Assembly (NCBI RefSeq): GCF_056712565.1
Contig: NZ_CM160072.1
Strand: one strand, 5' to 3'
Length of the DNA: 64,000 nucleotides
In this document: positions 44,248 through 56,149 of the stretch, in pieces
Layout of the letters: every line of letters starts with the position of its first letter
How positions within the stretch are numbered: the stretch's first letter is position 1
Program-made: the position numbers and the translations under genes
Notes under the pieces: generated by a model
What the model was told of the DNA's origin: nothing
The model's database searches: none
What the model saw: only the letters and a program-made list of their open reading frames with translations

Positions 44248-45875
44248 CTGTTCGACCTCTCCCCGTCCCAGGGTATCTGGACAAAAAATTGTGTGAAAAT
44301 CCCGGGTTCCGATTCCACGGCGATGCTGCCGCCGAGATTTTCTACCTGTTGTTTGACAAGTGCTAAACCGACGCCTCGCTCGCTTCCTTTTGTCGAGACA
44401 CCTTTGTCAAAAATGTGATCGATTTTGTCGGGTGCGATCCCCGGTCCATCATCGTTAACTTCGCAGTGCAGCCAGCCGTGACGGTAGTGCAATGTTACGC
44501 TAATTTCGCCACCGGGTTCCGGTCCTAATGCCTCCAGCGCGTTTTCTATCAGATTTCCCAACGTGGTAATCAGCGTCGCGACCTGATCCTCACTACCGCT
44601 GTCTGGCAGCTGGCTTTCACTGTTTAAAATCAGCGTATGGCCTAAATCGGTCGCGCGGTTAATCTTGCTGATTAAAAAACCAGCGATAACCGGAGATTTG
44701 ATCTTACCCAGCAGAGAGCCAATCTCTTCCTGATAGTTATTGGCTGTTTTGAGAATGTAATCTTCCAACTGCTTATAACTCTTCAGATGCAATAATCCGA
44801 GAATCACATGCAATTTATTCATAAATTCGTGGGATCGTTCACGAAGTGCGTCAGCATAGTTGACCAGACCGTCGAGTCGCTGCATCAGTTTACGTACTTC
44901 AGTTTTGTCCCTGAAGGTTGAAATGGCACCGATGATAACGCCATTACTGCGCACCGGAACGGTGTTGATCAGTAATAGTCGGTCCTTAATCGTAATCTCT
45001 TCGTCGCGGCGTGGGGTTCCGTCGCGTAACACTTCCGAGACATCTACCACCTGTGACCACGAGTGGCTTAGCGTCGACAGTTTCTCATCGTCCTGCGACT
45101 TACGGTAATTCAGCAATTCTTGTGCGGCATCGTTGATCAGCGTGACCTCGCCGCGATCGTCCACGGCAACGACGCCTTCTTTGATGGACTGCAACATGGC
45201 CTGGCGTTGCTCAAACAGTGTGGAGATTTCGTAGGGTTCCAGGCCGAAAAGGATTTTTTTCAGTACGTTAACCAGAATGCATGTGCCGATCAGTCCGACC
45301 AGCATGCCAAATAGTACCGACCAGATAATGCTCCAGCGACTGTCATTGATCTGTTGGGTCACGCGGCTTAACTCAAGGCCGATCGCCACCACGCCAATTT
45401 GTTTATGATTTTCATCGTAGATGGGGGTAAATACGCGTAAAGCCTGCGCCAGAAAACCGCGATTGATAGCGACATTTTCTTCGCCATTCAGCGCTTTAAG
45501 GATGTCATCACCTTTAAATGGCTGACCAATACGCTGGGCTTCAGGATGCGAGTAGCGAAGGCTTTGCATATCGGTAACGACAATAAACAGCAGATCGTTG
45601 CGTTTGCGCACGGCTTCCGCGATGGCCTGGATTCCACTCTCCTGCGGTTTTTTCTGCAAGCCCTGACGGATTTCCGGCGAGTCGGCGAGGGTACGCGCTA
45701 CTGCCAGTGCCTTGTTAGCTAGCCCGTCTCGCGTCATATCACTGATTTGCGAGAAGTAAATCAGATGCACCACCAATAGCACCGAGAACAGTACCGCGCT
45801 GACCATTAAGATCACAGTGGTACTCAATTTCATCGGACGTTTGCGTAACATACGGTAGGGCAATGAATGTCTCAT
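44244..45875 (-). CDS. dcuS: Sensor histidine kinase DcuS
   Basis: 543-aa ORF; two TM segments, periplasmic PAS, kinase domain; overlaps dcuR start. Confidence 0.93.
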   Translation of the reverse strand: MRHSLPYRMLRKRPMKLSTTVILMVSAVLFSVLLVVHLIYFSQISDMTRDGLANKALAVARTLADSPEIRQGLQKKPQESGIQAIAEAVRKRNDLLFIVVTDMQSLRYSHPEAQRIGQPFKGDDILKALNGEENVAINRGFLAQALRVFTPIYDENHKQIGVVAIGLELSRVTQQINDSRWSIIWSVLFGMLVGLIGTCILVNVLKKILFGLEPYEISTLFEQRQAMLQSIKEGVVAVDDRGEVTLINDAAQELLNYRKSQDDEKLSTLSHSWSQVVDVSEVLRDGTPRRDEEITIKDRLLLINTVPVRSNGVIIGAISTFRDKTEVRKLMQRLDGLVNYADALRERSHEFMNKLHVILGLLHLKSYKQLEDYILKTANNYQEEIGSLLGKIKSPVIAGFLISKINRATDLGHTLILNSESQLPDSGSEDQVATLITTLGNLIENALEALGPEPGGEISVTLHYRHGWLHCEVNDDGPGIAPDKIDHIFDKGVSTKGSERGVGLALVKQQVENLGGSIAVESEPGIFTQFFVQIPWDGERSNR

Positions 45876-46055
45876 CAGCTTCCTTGTGTGACAAATTTCT
45901 TAAGCATTATCTCTGATGAGGCGGGTAATTCAAAGGGAGTAAGAATGATTGGCTATATAGGGGAAGAGACTCTGGCAACGGAAACTGCCAGTGCTGTATG
46001 AAGATTCCGGGGCTATGCTTATAGCGATAATCATACTGATGAGAGAGGGAAGGTC

Positions 46056-46286
46056 ATGGATCGGGCGCTACTGGACGGGGGTTATCGCTGTTATACCGGC
46101 GAAAATATCGATGTCTATTTTAACACTGCGATATGTCAGCATTCTGGCAATTGCGTACGTGGCAACGGCAAGTTATTTAATCTCAAACGAAAGCCGTGGA
46201 TCATGCCGGATGAAGTCGACGTTGCCACTGTGGTTAAAGTGATTGATACGTGCCCGAGTGGCGCGCTGAAATACCGTCATAAATAA
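46056..46286 (+). CDS. yjdI: Small Cys-rich protein YjdI
   Basis: 76-aa ORF with CxHxxxC...C pattern. Confidence 0.8.
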   Translation: MDRALLDGGYRCYTGENIDVYFNTAICQHSGNCVRGNGKLFNLKRKPWIMPDEVDVATVVKVIDTCPSGALKYRHK

Positions 46287-46297
46287 GCGAGGGTAAA

Positions 46298-46570
46298 ATG
46301 GAAATACGCGAAGGCCACAATAAATTTTACATTAATGACGAACAAGGCAAGCAAATCGCTGAAATTGTCTTTGTGCCGACCGGAGAGAATTTAGCGATTA
46401 TCGAACATACCGATGTCGATGAAAGCCTGAAAGGGCAAGGGATTGGTAAACAGCTGGTTGCGAAAGTCGTGGAAAAAATGCGTCGGGAAAAACGAAAAAT
46501 TATCCCACTATGCCCATTTGCGAAACACGAATTTGATAAAACACGGGAGTATGATGATATTCGCAGTTGA
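46298..46570 (+). CDS. yjdJ: Small GNAT-family acetyltransferase YjdJ
   Basis: 90-aa ORF with GQGIGKQL acetyl-CoA-binding motif. Confidence 0.8.
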   Translation: MEIREGHNKFYINDEQGKQIAEIVFVPTGENLAIIEHTDVDESLKGQGIGKQLVAKVVEKMRREKRKIIPLCPFAKHEFDKTREYDDIRS

Positions 46571-46797
46571 TGGGAGAGTACAGAGTCACGATATTTTTCA
46601 TGCTCTCCGCGGTGTGATGCAGGAGAGCATCTGAAGGGTAGGGGGATGCACAAAGAATGGTCAGAGAGAGCGTTTTTTTGTCCCAAGTCATCCCCTTTAC
46701 TGAGCAAAAAAAAAGAATATCTCCTATATGAGAATCATCATTCGGGGTTAATAAGTTTTGCGTCCCCAGAGCGTTCAATATTGATAGGAGTCATATT

Positions 46798-47094
46798 ATG
46801 GAAGGTAAAAACAAGTTCAATACTTATGTTGTTTCTTTTGATTATCCATCATCTTATTCCTCAGTGTTCTTAAGGTTAAGATCATTGATGTATGATATGA
46901 ATTTCTCCTCTATCGTGGCTGATGAATATGGGATACCACGACAATTGAATGAAAACTCCTTCGCAATAACGACATCGTTAGCCGCAAGTGAAATCGAAGA
47001 TTTAATCAGGCTCAAATGCTTAGACTTACCGGATATTGATTTTGACCTCAGCATTATGACAGTTGATGACTATTTCCGTCAGTTTTACAAGTAG
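46798..47094 (+). CDS. ghoS: Type V antitoxin GhoS (endoribonuclease)
   Basis: 98-aa ORF MEGKNKFNTYVVSFDYPSSYSSVFLRL...; immediately upstream of ghoT. Confidence 0.85.
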   Translation: MEGKNKFNTYVVSFDYPSSYSSVFLRLRSLMYDMNFSSIVADEYGIPRQLNENSFAITTSLAASEIEDLIRLKCLDLPDIDFDLSIMTVDDYFRQFYK

Positions 47095-47121
47095 CCAGGA
47101 AGGATAAGAAGAACATAAAAA

Positions 47122-47295
47122 ATGGCACTATTCTCTAAAATATTAATTTTTTATGTGATTGGTGTGAACATATCCTTTGTCATTATCTGGTTTATCTCAC
47201 ATGAGAAAACACATATTCGTTTACTTAGTGCATTTCTGGTCGGAATAACCTGGCCAATGAGTCTTCCTGTGGCATTACTTTTTTCTCTCTTTTAG
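47122..47295 (+). CDS. ghoT: Small membrane toxin GhoT (57 aa)
   Basis: Short ORF MALFSKILIFYVIGVNISFVIIWFISHEKTHIRLLSAFLVGITWPMSLPVALLFSLF, two hydrophobic helices; below the ORF-track cutoff. Confidence 0.75.
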   Translation: MALFSKILIFYVIGVNISFVIIWFISHEKTHIRLLSAFLVGITWPMSLPVALLFSLF

Positions 47296-47370
47296 GAGCT
47301 GTAGTTGAGTGGACCCGCTGGTTATCTTGAAACGAAGCGTCTCTCCTCAAAACTGGATTTGCGGAATGAC

Positions 47371-47400
47371 GAACGAAGCAGTCGCCTGACTGCTTCGTTC
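47371..47400. terminator. 13-bp stem-loop between convergent ghoT and lysU
   Basis: gaacgaagcagtc / gactgcttcgttc with 4-nt loop; no clear T-tract. Confidence 0.35.
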
Positions 47401-47413
47401 ATTAAAGTGAAAT

Positions 47414-48931
47414 TTATTTCTGTGGGCGCATCGCCGGGAAGAGAATAACGTCGCGAATAGTATGACTGTTTGTAAACAGCATAATCATTCGGTCGATACC
47501 AATACCCAGACCAGCGGTTGGCGGCAGACCATATTCCAGCGCAGTCACGTAATCTTCGTCATAGAACATGGCTTCGTCGTCACCTGCAGCTTTAGCGTTA
47601 ACCTGTTCCTGGAAACGTTCAGCCTGATCTTCTGCGTCGTTTAATTCGCTAAAACCATTACCGATTTCACGACCACCGATGAAGAATTCAAAACGGTCGG
47701 TGATTTCCGGGTTAACATCATTACGGCGCGCCAGCGGGGACACTTCTGCCGGATATTCCGTAATAAAGGTTGGCTGAATCAGATGTGCTTCTGCCACTTC
47801 ATCAAAGATCTCCGTAACAATACGTCCCAGTCCCCAGCTTTTCTCTACCGTAATACCGATAGATTCAGCTAATGCTTTAGCAGCATCAAAATTATCCAGA
47901 TCCGCCATATCGGTTTCTGGACGATATTTTTTGATTGCTTCGCGCATGGTGAGTTTTTCAAACGGTTTGCCGAAATCAAACACATGCTCGCCATAAGTGA
48001 CTTTAGTGGTACCCAGTACCTCTTGTGCCAGGGTGCGGAACAGTGACTCCGTCAGTTCAATCAAATCGTGGTAATCCGCATATGCCATGTAGAGTTCCAT
48101 CATTGTGAACTCAGGATTATGGCGAACAGAAATACCTTCATTACGGAAGTTACGGTTGATTTCGAATACCCGTTCAAAACCGCCTACAACCAGACGTTTC
48201 AGATACAGCTCCGGCGCGATACGCAGGTACATATCTAAATCCAGAGCGTTATGATGGGTAATAAACGGGCGAGCAGATGCCCCACCTGGAATTACCTGCA
48301 TCATCGGGGTTTCTACTTCCATAAAGCCGCGCGCGACCATGAACTGACGGATAGCGGCCAGAATTTTTGAACGGACAACAAACGTTTGACGGGATTTATC
48401 GTTAGCGATGAGGTCCAGATAACGTTGACGATAACGGACTTCCTGATCCTGCAGACCATGGAATTTATCTGGTAAAGGACGTAGTGCTTTAGTCAGCAGG
48501 CGCAGCTCAGTACAGTGAATGGAAAGCTCACCCGTTTGCGTCTTAAACAGCGTACCGCGGGCACCGATAATGTCACCCAGATCCCATTTTTTAAACTGAT
48601 CGTTATAAACACCTTCTGGCAGGCTATCTCTTGCAACGTACAGTTGAATACGGCCACCGACATCCTGCAACGTTACAAAGGAGGCTTTCCCCATAATACG
48701 ACGGGTCATCATTCGGCCAGCAACCGAGACTTCAATGTTTAAGGATTCCAGTTCCTGGTTATCCTTCGCATCAAACTCTTCGTGCAACTGGTCAGAGGTA
48801 TGGTCGCGGCGAAAATCATTGGGAAACGCCACACCTTGCTGACGTAGTGCCGCCAGTTTTTCGCGGCGATTTCTCAGTTCATCGTTAAAATCAATAGCCT
48901 CATTGGCTCCCCGTGTTTCTCGTTCAGACAT
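47414..48931 (-). CDS. lysU: Lysyl-tRNA synthetase, inducible form LysU
   Basis: ORF 47414..48958; start at [12 protein letters not shown] (cat 48929-48931); class II aaRS. Confidence 0.93.
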   Translation of the reverse strand: MSERETRGANEAIDFNDELRNRREKLAALRQQGVAFPNDFRRDHTSDQLHEEFDAKDNQELESLNIEVSVAGRMMTRRIMGKASFVTLQDVGGRIQLYVARDSLPEGVYNDQFKKWDLGDIIGARGTLFKTQTGELSIHCTELRLLTKALRPLPDKFHGLQDQEVRYRQRYLDLIANDKSRQTFVVRSKILAAIRQFMVARGFMEVETPMMQVIPGGASARPFITHHNALDLDMYLRIAPELYLKRLVVGGFERVFEINRNFRNEGISVRHNPEFTMMELYMAYADYHDLIELTESLFRTLAQEVLGTTKVTYGEHVFDFGKPFEKLTMREAIKKYRPETDMADLDNFDAAKALAESIGITVEKSWGLGRIVTEIFDEVAEAHLIQPTFITEYPAEVSPLARRNDVNPEITDRFEFFIGGREIGNGFSELNDAEDQAERFQEQVNAKAAGDDEAMFYDEDYVTALEYGLPPTAGLGIGIDRMIMLFTNSHTIRDVILFPAMRPQK

Positions 48932-49167
48932 TTTGGTTCCTCTAAATCCAGCTTTCAATTTAGCGTAGATAAAGAGACAGATCGGTACACTGTATTATCT
49001 GCCTCGACTATTAATAACTCAGTTTATCTTATCGAAACTAACGCTTACCTCAAGTTGATATCACTAATAAATAACCATAAAAATGGTTTAAATGACTTAT
49101 TAATCTCGATTTGCTAGTGTGATAAACTGAAAGTTATTTTATTCATAACCAATTGTTTTTACGACAG

Positions 49168-50625
49168 TTAATCGTTGCTCTCCTGTATCATATTCGTCGG
49201 CGTGCTAAACAGAAAACGGGTAGCAAAGGCCAATACCACGATGATCGCGACACAAGCCAACGTCCACTCTCCCATCTGAGAAAAGAATCGCTGGTAAGCG
49301 GCAATTGCCATACCGCTAATTTGCGACTCTGTCGTCTGCTGTGCCACGACGCCTGCCAGCCAGTTGGCGACTGCGCCTGTTGCCAGCATATAAATACCGG
49401 TTAATACGCCAGACATTTTCAGACGCGTGATTTGCGCAATCGCCACCGGGTCAATAAAGAGTTCAGCAAAGCCCATTAGCGCCAGCCCGGATATCATCAC
49501 GCCCATTGACGCTTGACCGCCAGCCGCTGCATGTCGGGCATCAAATGCCAGCAACATAAAGCCACAAGCCATCAGCAGTAAGCCAAAGGCAAACTTCAGC
49601 CAGACGCGCAATGCTGAATTGCCGCGGCTTTCTGGCGACGCCAGCCAGGCCAGAACAACCCCAGCGAGCATCACCGCAATGGCATTCACCGACTGGAATA
49701 GTGCTGTAGGTACTTCAATATTGAATGCCTGACGATTCACAAAGCGATCGATAAACAAGCTGATGGTACTGCCGCCCTGTTGTGCCAGTACCCAGAACAA
49801 CGTCCCGACAAACATCAACAATACAATTTGCCAAAGAGCACGGCGGTGTTCGGGGAATTTGATCATCATGCGGGCAATGATTTGTGCGGCAATGAGGCAA
49901 ACGATCGCCAGCAAATATCCGGACCAGTCGTTCTCCAGCAGCAGGGTAAAAAATACTGGGGCTAAACAGAGCATCACCACTAACCAGCTCCATACTGGTA
50001 AGGCAAATTTGACGCTTGTGAGCGCTTTTTTATCCATACTACGCGTGGACTGGAAATGACGATGACCACTTAAGAAAATCAACAAACCGATAAACATGCC
50101 GCCTCCCGCAAGGGCAAAGCCAACATGCCATCCATACCACTGAGCAGCCAGGCCGCAGGCGATGGGCGCGGCGATAGAACCGATATTGCCCGCAGCATAC
50201 AGCAGCGAAAAACCGCCATCACGTCGATGATCGTTCTCGTCGTAGAGCTCGCCAAGCAAACAGCTGATGTTTGATTTGAATAAACCGTAGCCACAAATAA
50301 TGATTGCCAGCGCCAGATACAGGCTAAAGGTTGAATTTGTATCAATGCCCAGCACCACATGGCCAAGGGTCATTAACAGCGCGCCGGCAATCACTGCAGT
50401 GCGGTTGCCGAGCAGGCGGTCGGCAAGCCAGCCGCCGAGAATAGGGGTAACGTAAACCAGAGAAGCATATGCGCTGAACAGGCTGATGGCATGGTTATCA
50501 TCAAAACCAAGCTGATGGGTGAGATAGAGAATGAGTAAGGCACGCATGCCGTAAAAACTGAAGTACTCCCAGATTTGGATCGCCACGATATAGTATATCG
50601 CGCGCGGCTGTGAGGGTGTTTTCAT
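49168..50625 (-). CDS. dtpC: Di/tripeptide permease DtpC (YjdL, POT family)
   Basis: 485-aa polytopic membrane [34 protein letters not shown]... Confidence 0.92.
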   Translation of the reverse strand: MKTPSQPRAIYYIVAIQIWEYFSFYGMRALLILYLTHQLGFDDNHAISLFSAYASLVYVTPILGGWLADRLLGNRTAVIAGALLMTLGHVVLGIDTNSTFSLYLALAIIICGYGLFKSNISCLLGELYDENDHRRDGGFSLLYAAGNIGSIAAPIACGLAAQWYGWHVGFALAGGGMFIGLLIFLSGHRHFQSTRSMDKKALTSVKFALPVWSWLVVMLCLAPVFFTLLLENDWSGYLLAIVCLIAAQIIARMMIKFPEHRRALWQIVLLMFVGTLFWVLAQQGGSTISLFIDRFVNRQAFNIEVPTALFQSVNAIAVMLAGVVLAWLASPESRGNSALRVWLKFAFGLLLMACGFMLLAFDARHAAAGGQASMGVMISGLALMGFAELFIDPVAIAQITRLKMSGVLTGIYMLATGAVANWLAGVVAQQTTESQISGMAIAAYQRFFSQMGEWTLACVAIIVVLAFATRFLFSTPTNMIQESND

Positions 50626-50683
50626 GTGTTCTCCTTATGAGCAAAAAAGGGAAGTGGCAAGCCACTTCCCTTGTACGAGCTAA

Positions 50684-52831
50684 TTATTTTTTGCTTTCTT
50701 CTTTCAATACCTTAACGGTATAGCGGCCATCAGCCTGACGGTATGCACCGTGAATATCGGTTTCAAAGCCCGGATAGTGAGCGCCGATTTCACACAGCAT
50801 CTGCAGGAACTCCAGAACCGGACGGCTTTCTTCGGTGATCATTTCACCCGGCATTACCAGAGGAACTCCCGGCGGATACGGAAGGATCATATTGGCGTTA
50901 ATACGACCTACCATTTCGTCGAGGTAAACTTCTTCGGTCATACCGTGCAGCTCTTTCTGGAACGCAGCATACGGAGTCATTACCATAGTCGGCAGAACTT
51001 CAAATGCGCGATACATCAGATCCGGCAGATTGTGGTGAACAATCAGTTTGTGGATATTCTGAGCCAGTTCCTGAATACGCATGTTTTCATAGAATTCAGG
51101 ATCTTCACGATACAGAGACGGCAGCATGTTTTTCACACGCAGGTTCAGATCGAACGCACGTTTGAAGTCAGTCAGAGCACGCAGCAGGCTCAGTGCTTTG
51201 GTCTTATCGATACCGATGCTGAACAGGAACAGCAGGTTATACGGACCGGTTTTCTCAACAACGATGCCATGTTCGTCGAGGTATTTCGCCACGATGCTGG
51301 CCGGAATACCAAAGTCGCTCATGGTGCCGTCTTTTTCCATCCCCGGAGTCAGCAGGGTGACTTTGATCGGGTCAAGATACATGTGCTCGTTATCGATGTT
51401 TTTGAAGCCGTGCCAGGTGCTGTCAGAACGCAGCGGCCAGCATTCAGTCGTATCGATATGATCCGGCTGCCATACATCAAAGAACCAGCCATCAGATTCC
51501 GTTCTCAGACGTTTGATCTCTTTACGGAATTTGATCGCACGTTCAATGGAACCATTGATCAGACGTTTACCTGCATTGCCTTTCATCATCGCCGCAGCGG
51601 TTTCAGTGGACGCCACGATACCGTAGTGCGGAGAGGTGGTGGTGTGCATCATGTAGGCTTCGTTAAAGGTTTCTTCGTTTACGTCACCTTTAACGTGGAT
51701 CATGGAAGCCTGAGAGAACGCCGCCAGCAGTTTGTGAGTAGACTGGGTTTCGTAAATCACTTTCCCTTCTACACGGCCACCGCTCATACCGCATTTACCT
51801 TCGTAAATCGGTGAGAAGTTGGTGTAAGGCACCCACGCGGAGTCAAAGTGGATGGATTTCACATCCAGTGTTTTCTTGATGAAGTCGGTGTTGTACAGCA
51901 GACCATCATAGGTAGAGTTGGTAATTACAGCATGTACCGGCCAGGTTGCGTTTGGTGTTTCTTTCACGCGCTTAGCAATGGTAGCGTGCTGGAATTCACT
52001 CTGTGGGATACCACCAAGAATACCGTAAGCGTTACGGGTCGGGCGGAAATAGATTGGCGTAACATCGCTCATCATCATCAGGTGGGTCAGCGATTTGTGG
52101 CAGTTACGGTCAATCAGAATGGTGCTGCCTGCCGGAGCAGAGTACATACCAACAATTTTGTTCGCAGTGGAAGTACCGTTGGTCACCATGTAGCTGCGGT
52201 CTGCGTTAAAGACGCGAGCGATATACTGTTCTGCTTCTTTGTGTGGACCACTGTGATCCAGCAGAGAACCCAATTCAGATACTGAAATGGAAATATCAGA
52301 TTTCATGGTGTTCGGACCAAAGAAATCATAGAACAGGCTACCTACCGGGCTTTTCTGGAATGCAGTACCACCCATGTGACCAGGAGTACAGAAAGTATAT
52401 TTACCTTCACGAACATATTTAAACAGTGCTTTGGTCAGCGGAGGCAGAATAGTGTTGATATATTCGTCAGTGGTCTGCTTGATCTTGTTAGCAATATCAT
52501 CAGCAGCACCCAGCGCATATTCAAAGAAGCTAATCTGTAAACGCAGGTCATTCAGGCTTACATCGAGAGTGGAATACGTATTAGCGAACGCGTACAACGG
52601 CAGGTTCTCGTTCATTTTGCTAATTTCTTCGCACAGCTCGAGATTATATTTATCCCAGTCAAAAATAACGCCGCACAGACGCGCATTGTTTTCGATCAGT
52701 TTTAATAAGTCGTCACGGTCGTTCGGGTAAACAATCTGGAAGTTCAGACGTTCAAGCGCGCGATGAAGTTCACGGATGGGTTCTTCTTTAAAATAAACCC
52801 CCATGTGATTCAATATTGCAATAACGTTCAT
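50684..52831 (-). CDS. cadA: Inducible lysine decarboxylase CadA
   Basis: ORF 50684..52870; start at MNVIAILNHMGVYF (cat 52829-52831), 715 aa. Confidence 0.95.
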   Translation of the reverse strand: MNVIAILNHMGVYFKEEPIRELHRALERLNFQIVYPNDRDDLLKLIENNARLCGVIFDWDKYNLELCEEISKMNENLPLYAFANTYSTLDVSLNDLRLQISFFEYALGAADDIANKIKQTTDEYINTILPPLTKALFKYVREGKYTFCTPGHMGGTAFQKSPVGSLFYDFFGPNTMKSDISISVSELGSLLDHSGPHKEAEQYIARVFNADRSYMVTNGTSTANKIVGMYSAPAGSTILIDRNCHKSLTHLMMMSDVTPIYFRPTRNAYGILGGIPQSEFQHATIAKRVKETPNATWPVHAVITNSTYDGLLYNTDFIKKTLDVKSIHFDSAWVPYTNFSPIYEGKCGMSGGRVEGKVIYETQSTHKLLAAFSQASMIHVKGDVNEETFNEAYMMHTTTSPHYGIVASTETAAAMMKGNAGKRLINGSIERAIKFRKEIKRLRTESDGWFFDVWQPDHIDTTECWPLRSDSTWHGFKNIDNEHMYLDPIKVTLLTPGMEKDGTMSDFGIPASIVAKYLDEHGIVVEKTGPYNLLFLFSIGIDKTKALSLLRALTDFKRAFDLNLRVKNMLPSLYREDPEFYENMRIQELAQNIHKLIVHHNLPDLMYRAFEVLPTMVMTPYAAFQKELHGMTEEVYLDEMVGRINANMILPYPPGVPLVMPGEMITEESRPVLEFLQMLCEIGAHYPGFETDIHGAYRQADGRYTVKVLKEESKK

Positions 52832-52910
52832 AGTCATATCTCCAGGTAAAAAAGGCCCCTCCCAACACATGGGACAAAATGAAAGGAGGAGCCTCGGAAA
52901 ATACTTTTAA

Positions 52911-54245
52911 TTAATGTGCGTTAGACGCTGTGTGGTTATCCATTGAGTGGCTCTGGCGCTCGTGCATTTTGCGAGCGTAGAACATCAGGATAATCAGGCT
53001 GACGATGAAGGTACCTGCCAGCTCGAAGGAGCTTGCGCCCATCAGCGCGATGAAGCAGAACACGCAACCCAGTACAGAGCAGATCAGGCTGACAAAGTTG
53101 CGGATGTTAACGCCTTCAAAACGAATCAGGTCAACGCAAGAGTAGAAGTACGGCAGCATAGTCAGCAGTACTGCGATACCGGTCAGTTCACCGAACAGGT
53201 CAGAGGCTTTACCACCGGCAGAGTTCATCAGAGTGATGAGGATCATCAGGGCAGTCATTTTCACTGCAGCCAGCAGCAGACCTTTTTTCGGAATACCGTT
53301 GCTGTCGACTTCACCATAAACTTTCGGGAAGTTACCGTCGTTAGCGGCACGTACACCTGCCTGGCCTACCAACATCATCCAGGAGCCCAGAGAAGTCAGG
53401 CACGCAAAGGCGGTGAATGCAGAAACCAGTGGCGCAGCCCAGTTACCGAGGATAGTTGAAGCACTGATTGCAAACGGAGCACCGGAAGCCGCCATTACAG
53501 AAGACGGATACATACCGGAAAGCACCTGAGTCGCAGCGATGTAAACAATACCTGCTAAACCAGTACCCAGCATGGTTGCCAGCGGAACGGTACGTTTCGG
53601 GTTTTTAACCATACCAGTACTTACTGCTGCGGATTCAACACCCACGAAGGCCCACAGGCAGAGCAGAATACTTTTAATGATCGCATGACCATCAGTGGTA
53701 TCCGCAGTATTCCAGTTAGCTGCATAAGTTGCTGCATCAAACCAATGCCAGCCAACAATAGCAGTCATCACCACAGGAATAAGAACCAGCACCAGACCAA
53801 TCGTGGTTAAACGGCTTACCCAGGTACCGCCGAGCATATTCACAAAGGTAAATACCCAGACGATAGCAATACAGGCGATACCCGCCGGAACAGGATCATT
53901 TAATACTGGGAAGAAGGTGGAAAGATAAGATACAGCGGTAATACCAATTGCCAGGTTACCAATCCAGTTAGCATGGTAATAAAGAACACCTGTCTGAAAA
54001 CCAAATGCAGGGGAAATTTCTCCGGCATACGCAATTGGGCCACCTTGTTGCGGGTTTTTTGTTGCCAGTCGGGCATATACATATGCCAGCGACATTGCAC
54101 CAATAATAGAGATAATCCAACCCCAGATAGCAATACCACCGATACTTGCTAGGTTCGCAGGTAATAATGCAATACCGCTCCCCATCATATTACCGGCAAC
54201 AACACCGGTACAGGCAAATAGCCCGATCTTCTTGGCAGAACTCAT
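52911..54245 (-). CDS. cadB: Lysine:cadaverine antiporter CadB
   Basis: 444-aa APC-family membrane ORF. Confidence 0.94.
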   Translation of the reverse strand: MSSAKKIGLFACTGVVAGNMMGSGIALLPANLASIGGIAIWGWIISIIGAMSLAYVYARLATKNPQQGGPIAYAGEISPAFGFQTGVLYYHANWIGNLAIGITAVSYLSTFFPVLNDPVPAGIACIAIVWVFTFVNMLGGTWVSRLTTIGLVLVLIPVVMTAIVGWHWFDAATYAANWNTADTTDGHAIIKSILLCLWAFVGVESAAVSTGMVKNPKRTVPLATMLGTGLAGIVYIAATQVLSGMYPSSVMAASGAPFAISASTILGNWAAPLVSAFTAFACLTSLGSWMMLVGQAGVRAANDGNFPKVYGEVDSNGIPKKGLLLAAVKMTALMILITLMNSAGGKASDLFGELTGIAVLLTMLPYFYSCVDLIRFEGVNIRNFVSLICSVLGCVFCFIALMGASSFELAGTFIVSLIILMFYARKMHERQSHSMDNHTASNAH

Positions 54246-54610
54246 GCTCTTCTCCTAATTTCATTTTTGAATTTGGAGTCCGGGTCATGATGTATAACTA
54301 TTTCCTGACCAGACCAAACTGGCGCTAAGATTACTCACGAAAAAAGGATTAATCCTAAAGATTAGGTGAAATAACACAAAAGTTTCTGTAAGTGAGAACT
54401 TGAGGTTTTTTATTAACACATCAGGATCGCAAGTTGATATCATGAAAAGATAAACATTCAATGTTTACAATGCATTGCGTGACATTCTCTGGTTAAATTT
54501 ATGTAATAAAAATTATGCGGCAAATAAATTGCCGCAACATATTATACCAACGGGAACATACAAAAACTCAACAACAAATATTCCCGAGCATGAATCAACC
54601 CGGGAGTTAC
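54246..54610 (-). promoter_or_regulatory. cadBA promoter region (Pcad)
   Basis: 365-bp AT-rich intergenic region between cadC stop and cadB start; CadC-binding sites not mapped here. Confidence 0.55.
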
Positions 54611-56149
54611 TTATTCTGAAGCGAGAAATTTGTCGAGATAAGGTACAACATAAGGAACAGAAGTCTGGAATATACCATTTTCAATCCAGTAAAGGGTGTT
54701 TGCCCCTGGGCGTAAATTAAAGGCGGTGAGATATGCATCAGCTGCTTCCCGGTTCATCCCCTTCATTTCATAAACCTTGCCAAGCAACACATAATTTAGC
54801 CAGGACATTTCAAGATCAATGCCGGTATTTATCGCCTGATAAGACTCATCTGTTTTACCTTTTACCAGGGCACTGACCGCTTTTATTTGATATATAATGG
54901 ACAGGTTGTTCAATTCCGGCAGTGTAACAATGTTATCTATTTCTGTGTTCAGTGCTGCTAATTGTTTTTCGTCTAAAGGATGTTGAGAATGGCGCACGAT
55001 ATCAACTAATGCTTTTTCTGCTCTCGCGTAGGTAAATTCTGGGGATGATTGAACAATCTCACCTAATAATTCACTGGCACGATCCAATGATTTATCATCA
55101 CCATGCAGTAAATAATCATGTGCCTGATAAAAATTAGTTAATAACGCACCACGATGCGGCAAAATTTGCTGGAGCATCTCCTGCATTCGTTGTGGCCACG
55201 GTTGGTTTAACGCTTTTGATAAACTCTGGAGCAAATCATTTTGAATCGCCAGCTGATTACCGTTAGTGATGACATAACGTTTATCCAGCATGGTTGAACC
55301 ATCTGCATTGTCTACCAATTTTACCGACATAAAGCATTGTTGAGCACGGTATTGGCGCTGATTAACAAACGCAATAGATAATGTTTTACCGGAACTGCTC
55401 GGTTCATCAATGTTGTAGTTGATTTTGTCATGCACCATAAAGGTGGAGAAGGTGTTAAGTGATGTCGCCACCAAATCACCCACGCCTATCGCGTAAGAGA
55501 GCTGATACGGAGAACTCCAGCTGTTACAACTCTTATTAACCATATTAATGTCAATATCGCGTGGATTGAGCAAAATGCGCGATTTACTCATAGGAAGACG
55601 TGTTTCAAGACTTGAAAACGCTACCAGTGCGACACAGATACCTAACGACAACAGGAAAAAAAACCATACCCAAAAGGTAGTGAATCGTTTGCTTTTAACT
55701 GGGGATTGTTCAGGTGGCGTTGTGGTGTTTTGAATGTTAAGACTGTGGGAGGGAGAATCTGTGGCAGGAACCGCCTCTGGTATAGGGGGAGGCGAAGATA
55801 GCATTATTTCCTCTCCCTCTTCTTCGCTGTACCAGATAACCGGCACCATTAATTTATAGCCGCGCTTTGGTACAGTAGCGATATAGACAGGACTATCTTC
55901 ATCATTATCTTTTAATGACTTACGTAGTTCTGAGATACTCTGCGTCACAACGTGATTGGTGACAATACTTCTCTTCCAGACATTATCGATAAGTTCATCC
56001 CTGCTAAGTACTTCGCCACTGTGTTGAGCAAAGAAAACCAGAAGATCGATTAATCTCGGCTCAAGGGTAAGTTGACGCCCATTGCGGCTAATTTGGTTTA
56101 TGGACGGAGTAACAAGCCATTCGCCAACGCGAACTACAGGTTGTTGCAT
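54611..56149 (-). CDS. cadC: Membrane-integrated ToxR-like activator CadC
   Basis: 512-aa ORF; N-terminal winged-helix domain, one TM, periplasmic sensor. Confidence 0.94.
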   Translation of the reverse strand: MQQPVVRVGEWLVTPSINQISRNGRQLTLEPRLIDLLVFFAQHSGEVLSRDELIDNVWKRSIVTNHVVTQSISELRKSLKDNDEDSPVYIATVPKRGYKLMVPVIWYSEEEGEEIMLSSPPPIPEAVPATDSPSHSLNIQNTTTPPEQSPVKSKRFTTFWVWFFFLLSLGICVALVAFSSLETRLPMSKSRILLNPRDIDINMVNKSCNSWSSPYQLSYAIGVGDLVATSLNTFSTFMVHDKINYNIDEPSSSGKTLSIAFVNQRQYRAQQCFMSVKLVDNADGSTMLDKRYVITNGNQLAIQNDLLQSLSKALNQPWPQRMQEMLQQILPHRGALLTNFYQAHDYLLHGDDKSLDRASELLGEIVQSSPEFTYARAEKALVDIVRHSQHPLDEKQLAALNTEIDNIVTLPELNNLSIIYQIKAVSALVKGKTDESYQAINTGIDLEMSWLNYVLLGKVYEMKGMNREAADAYLTAFNLRPGANTLYWIENGIFQTSVPYVVPYLDKFLASE

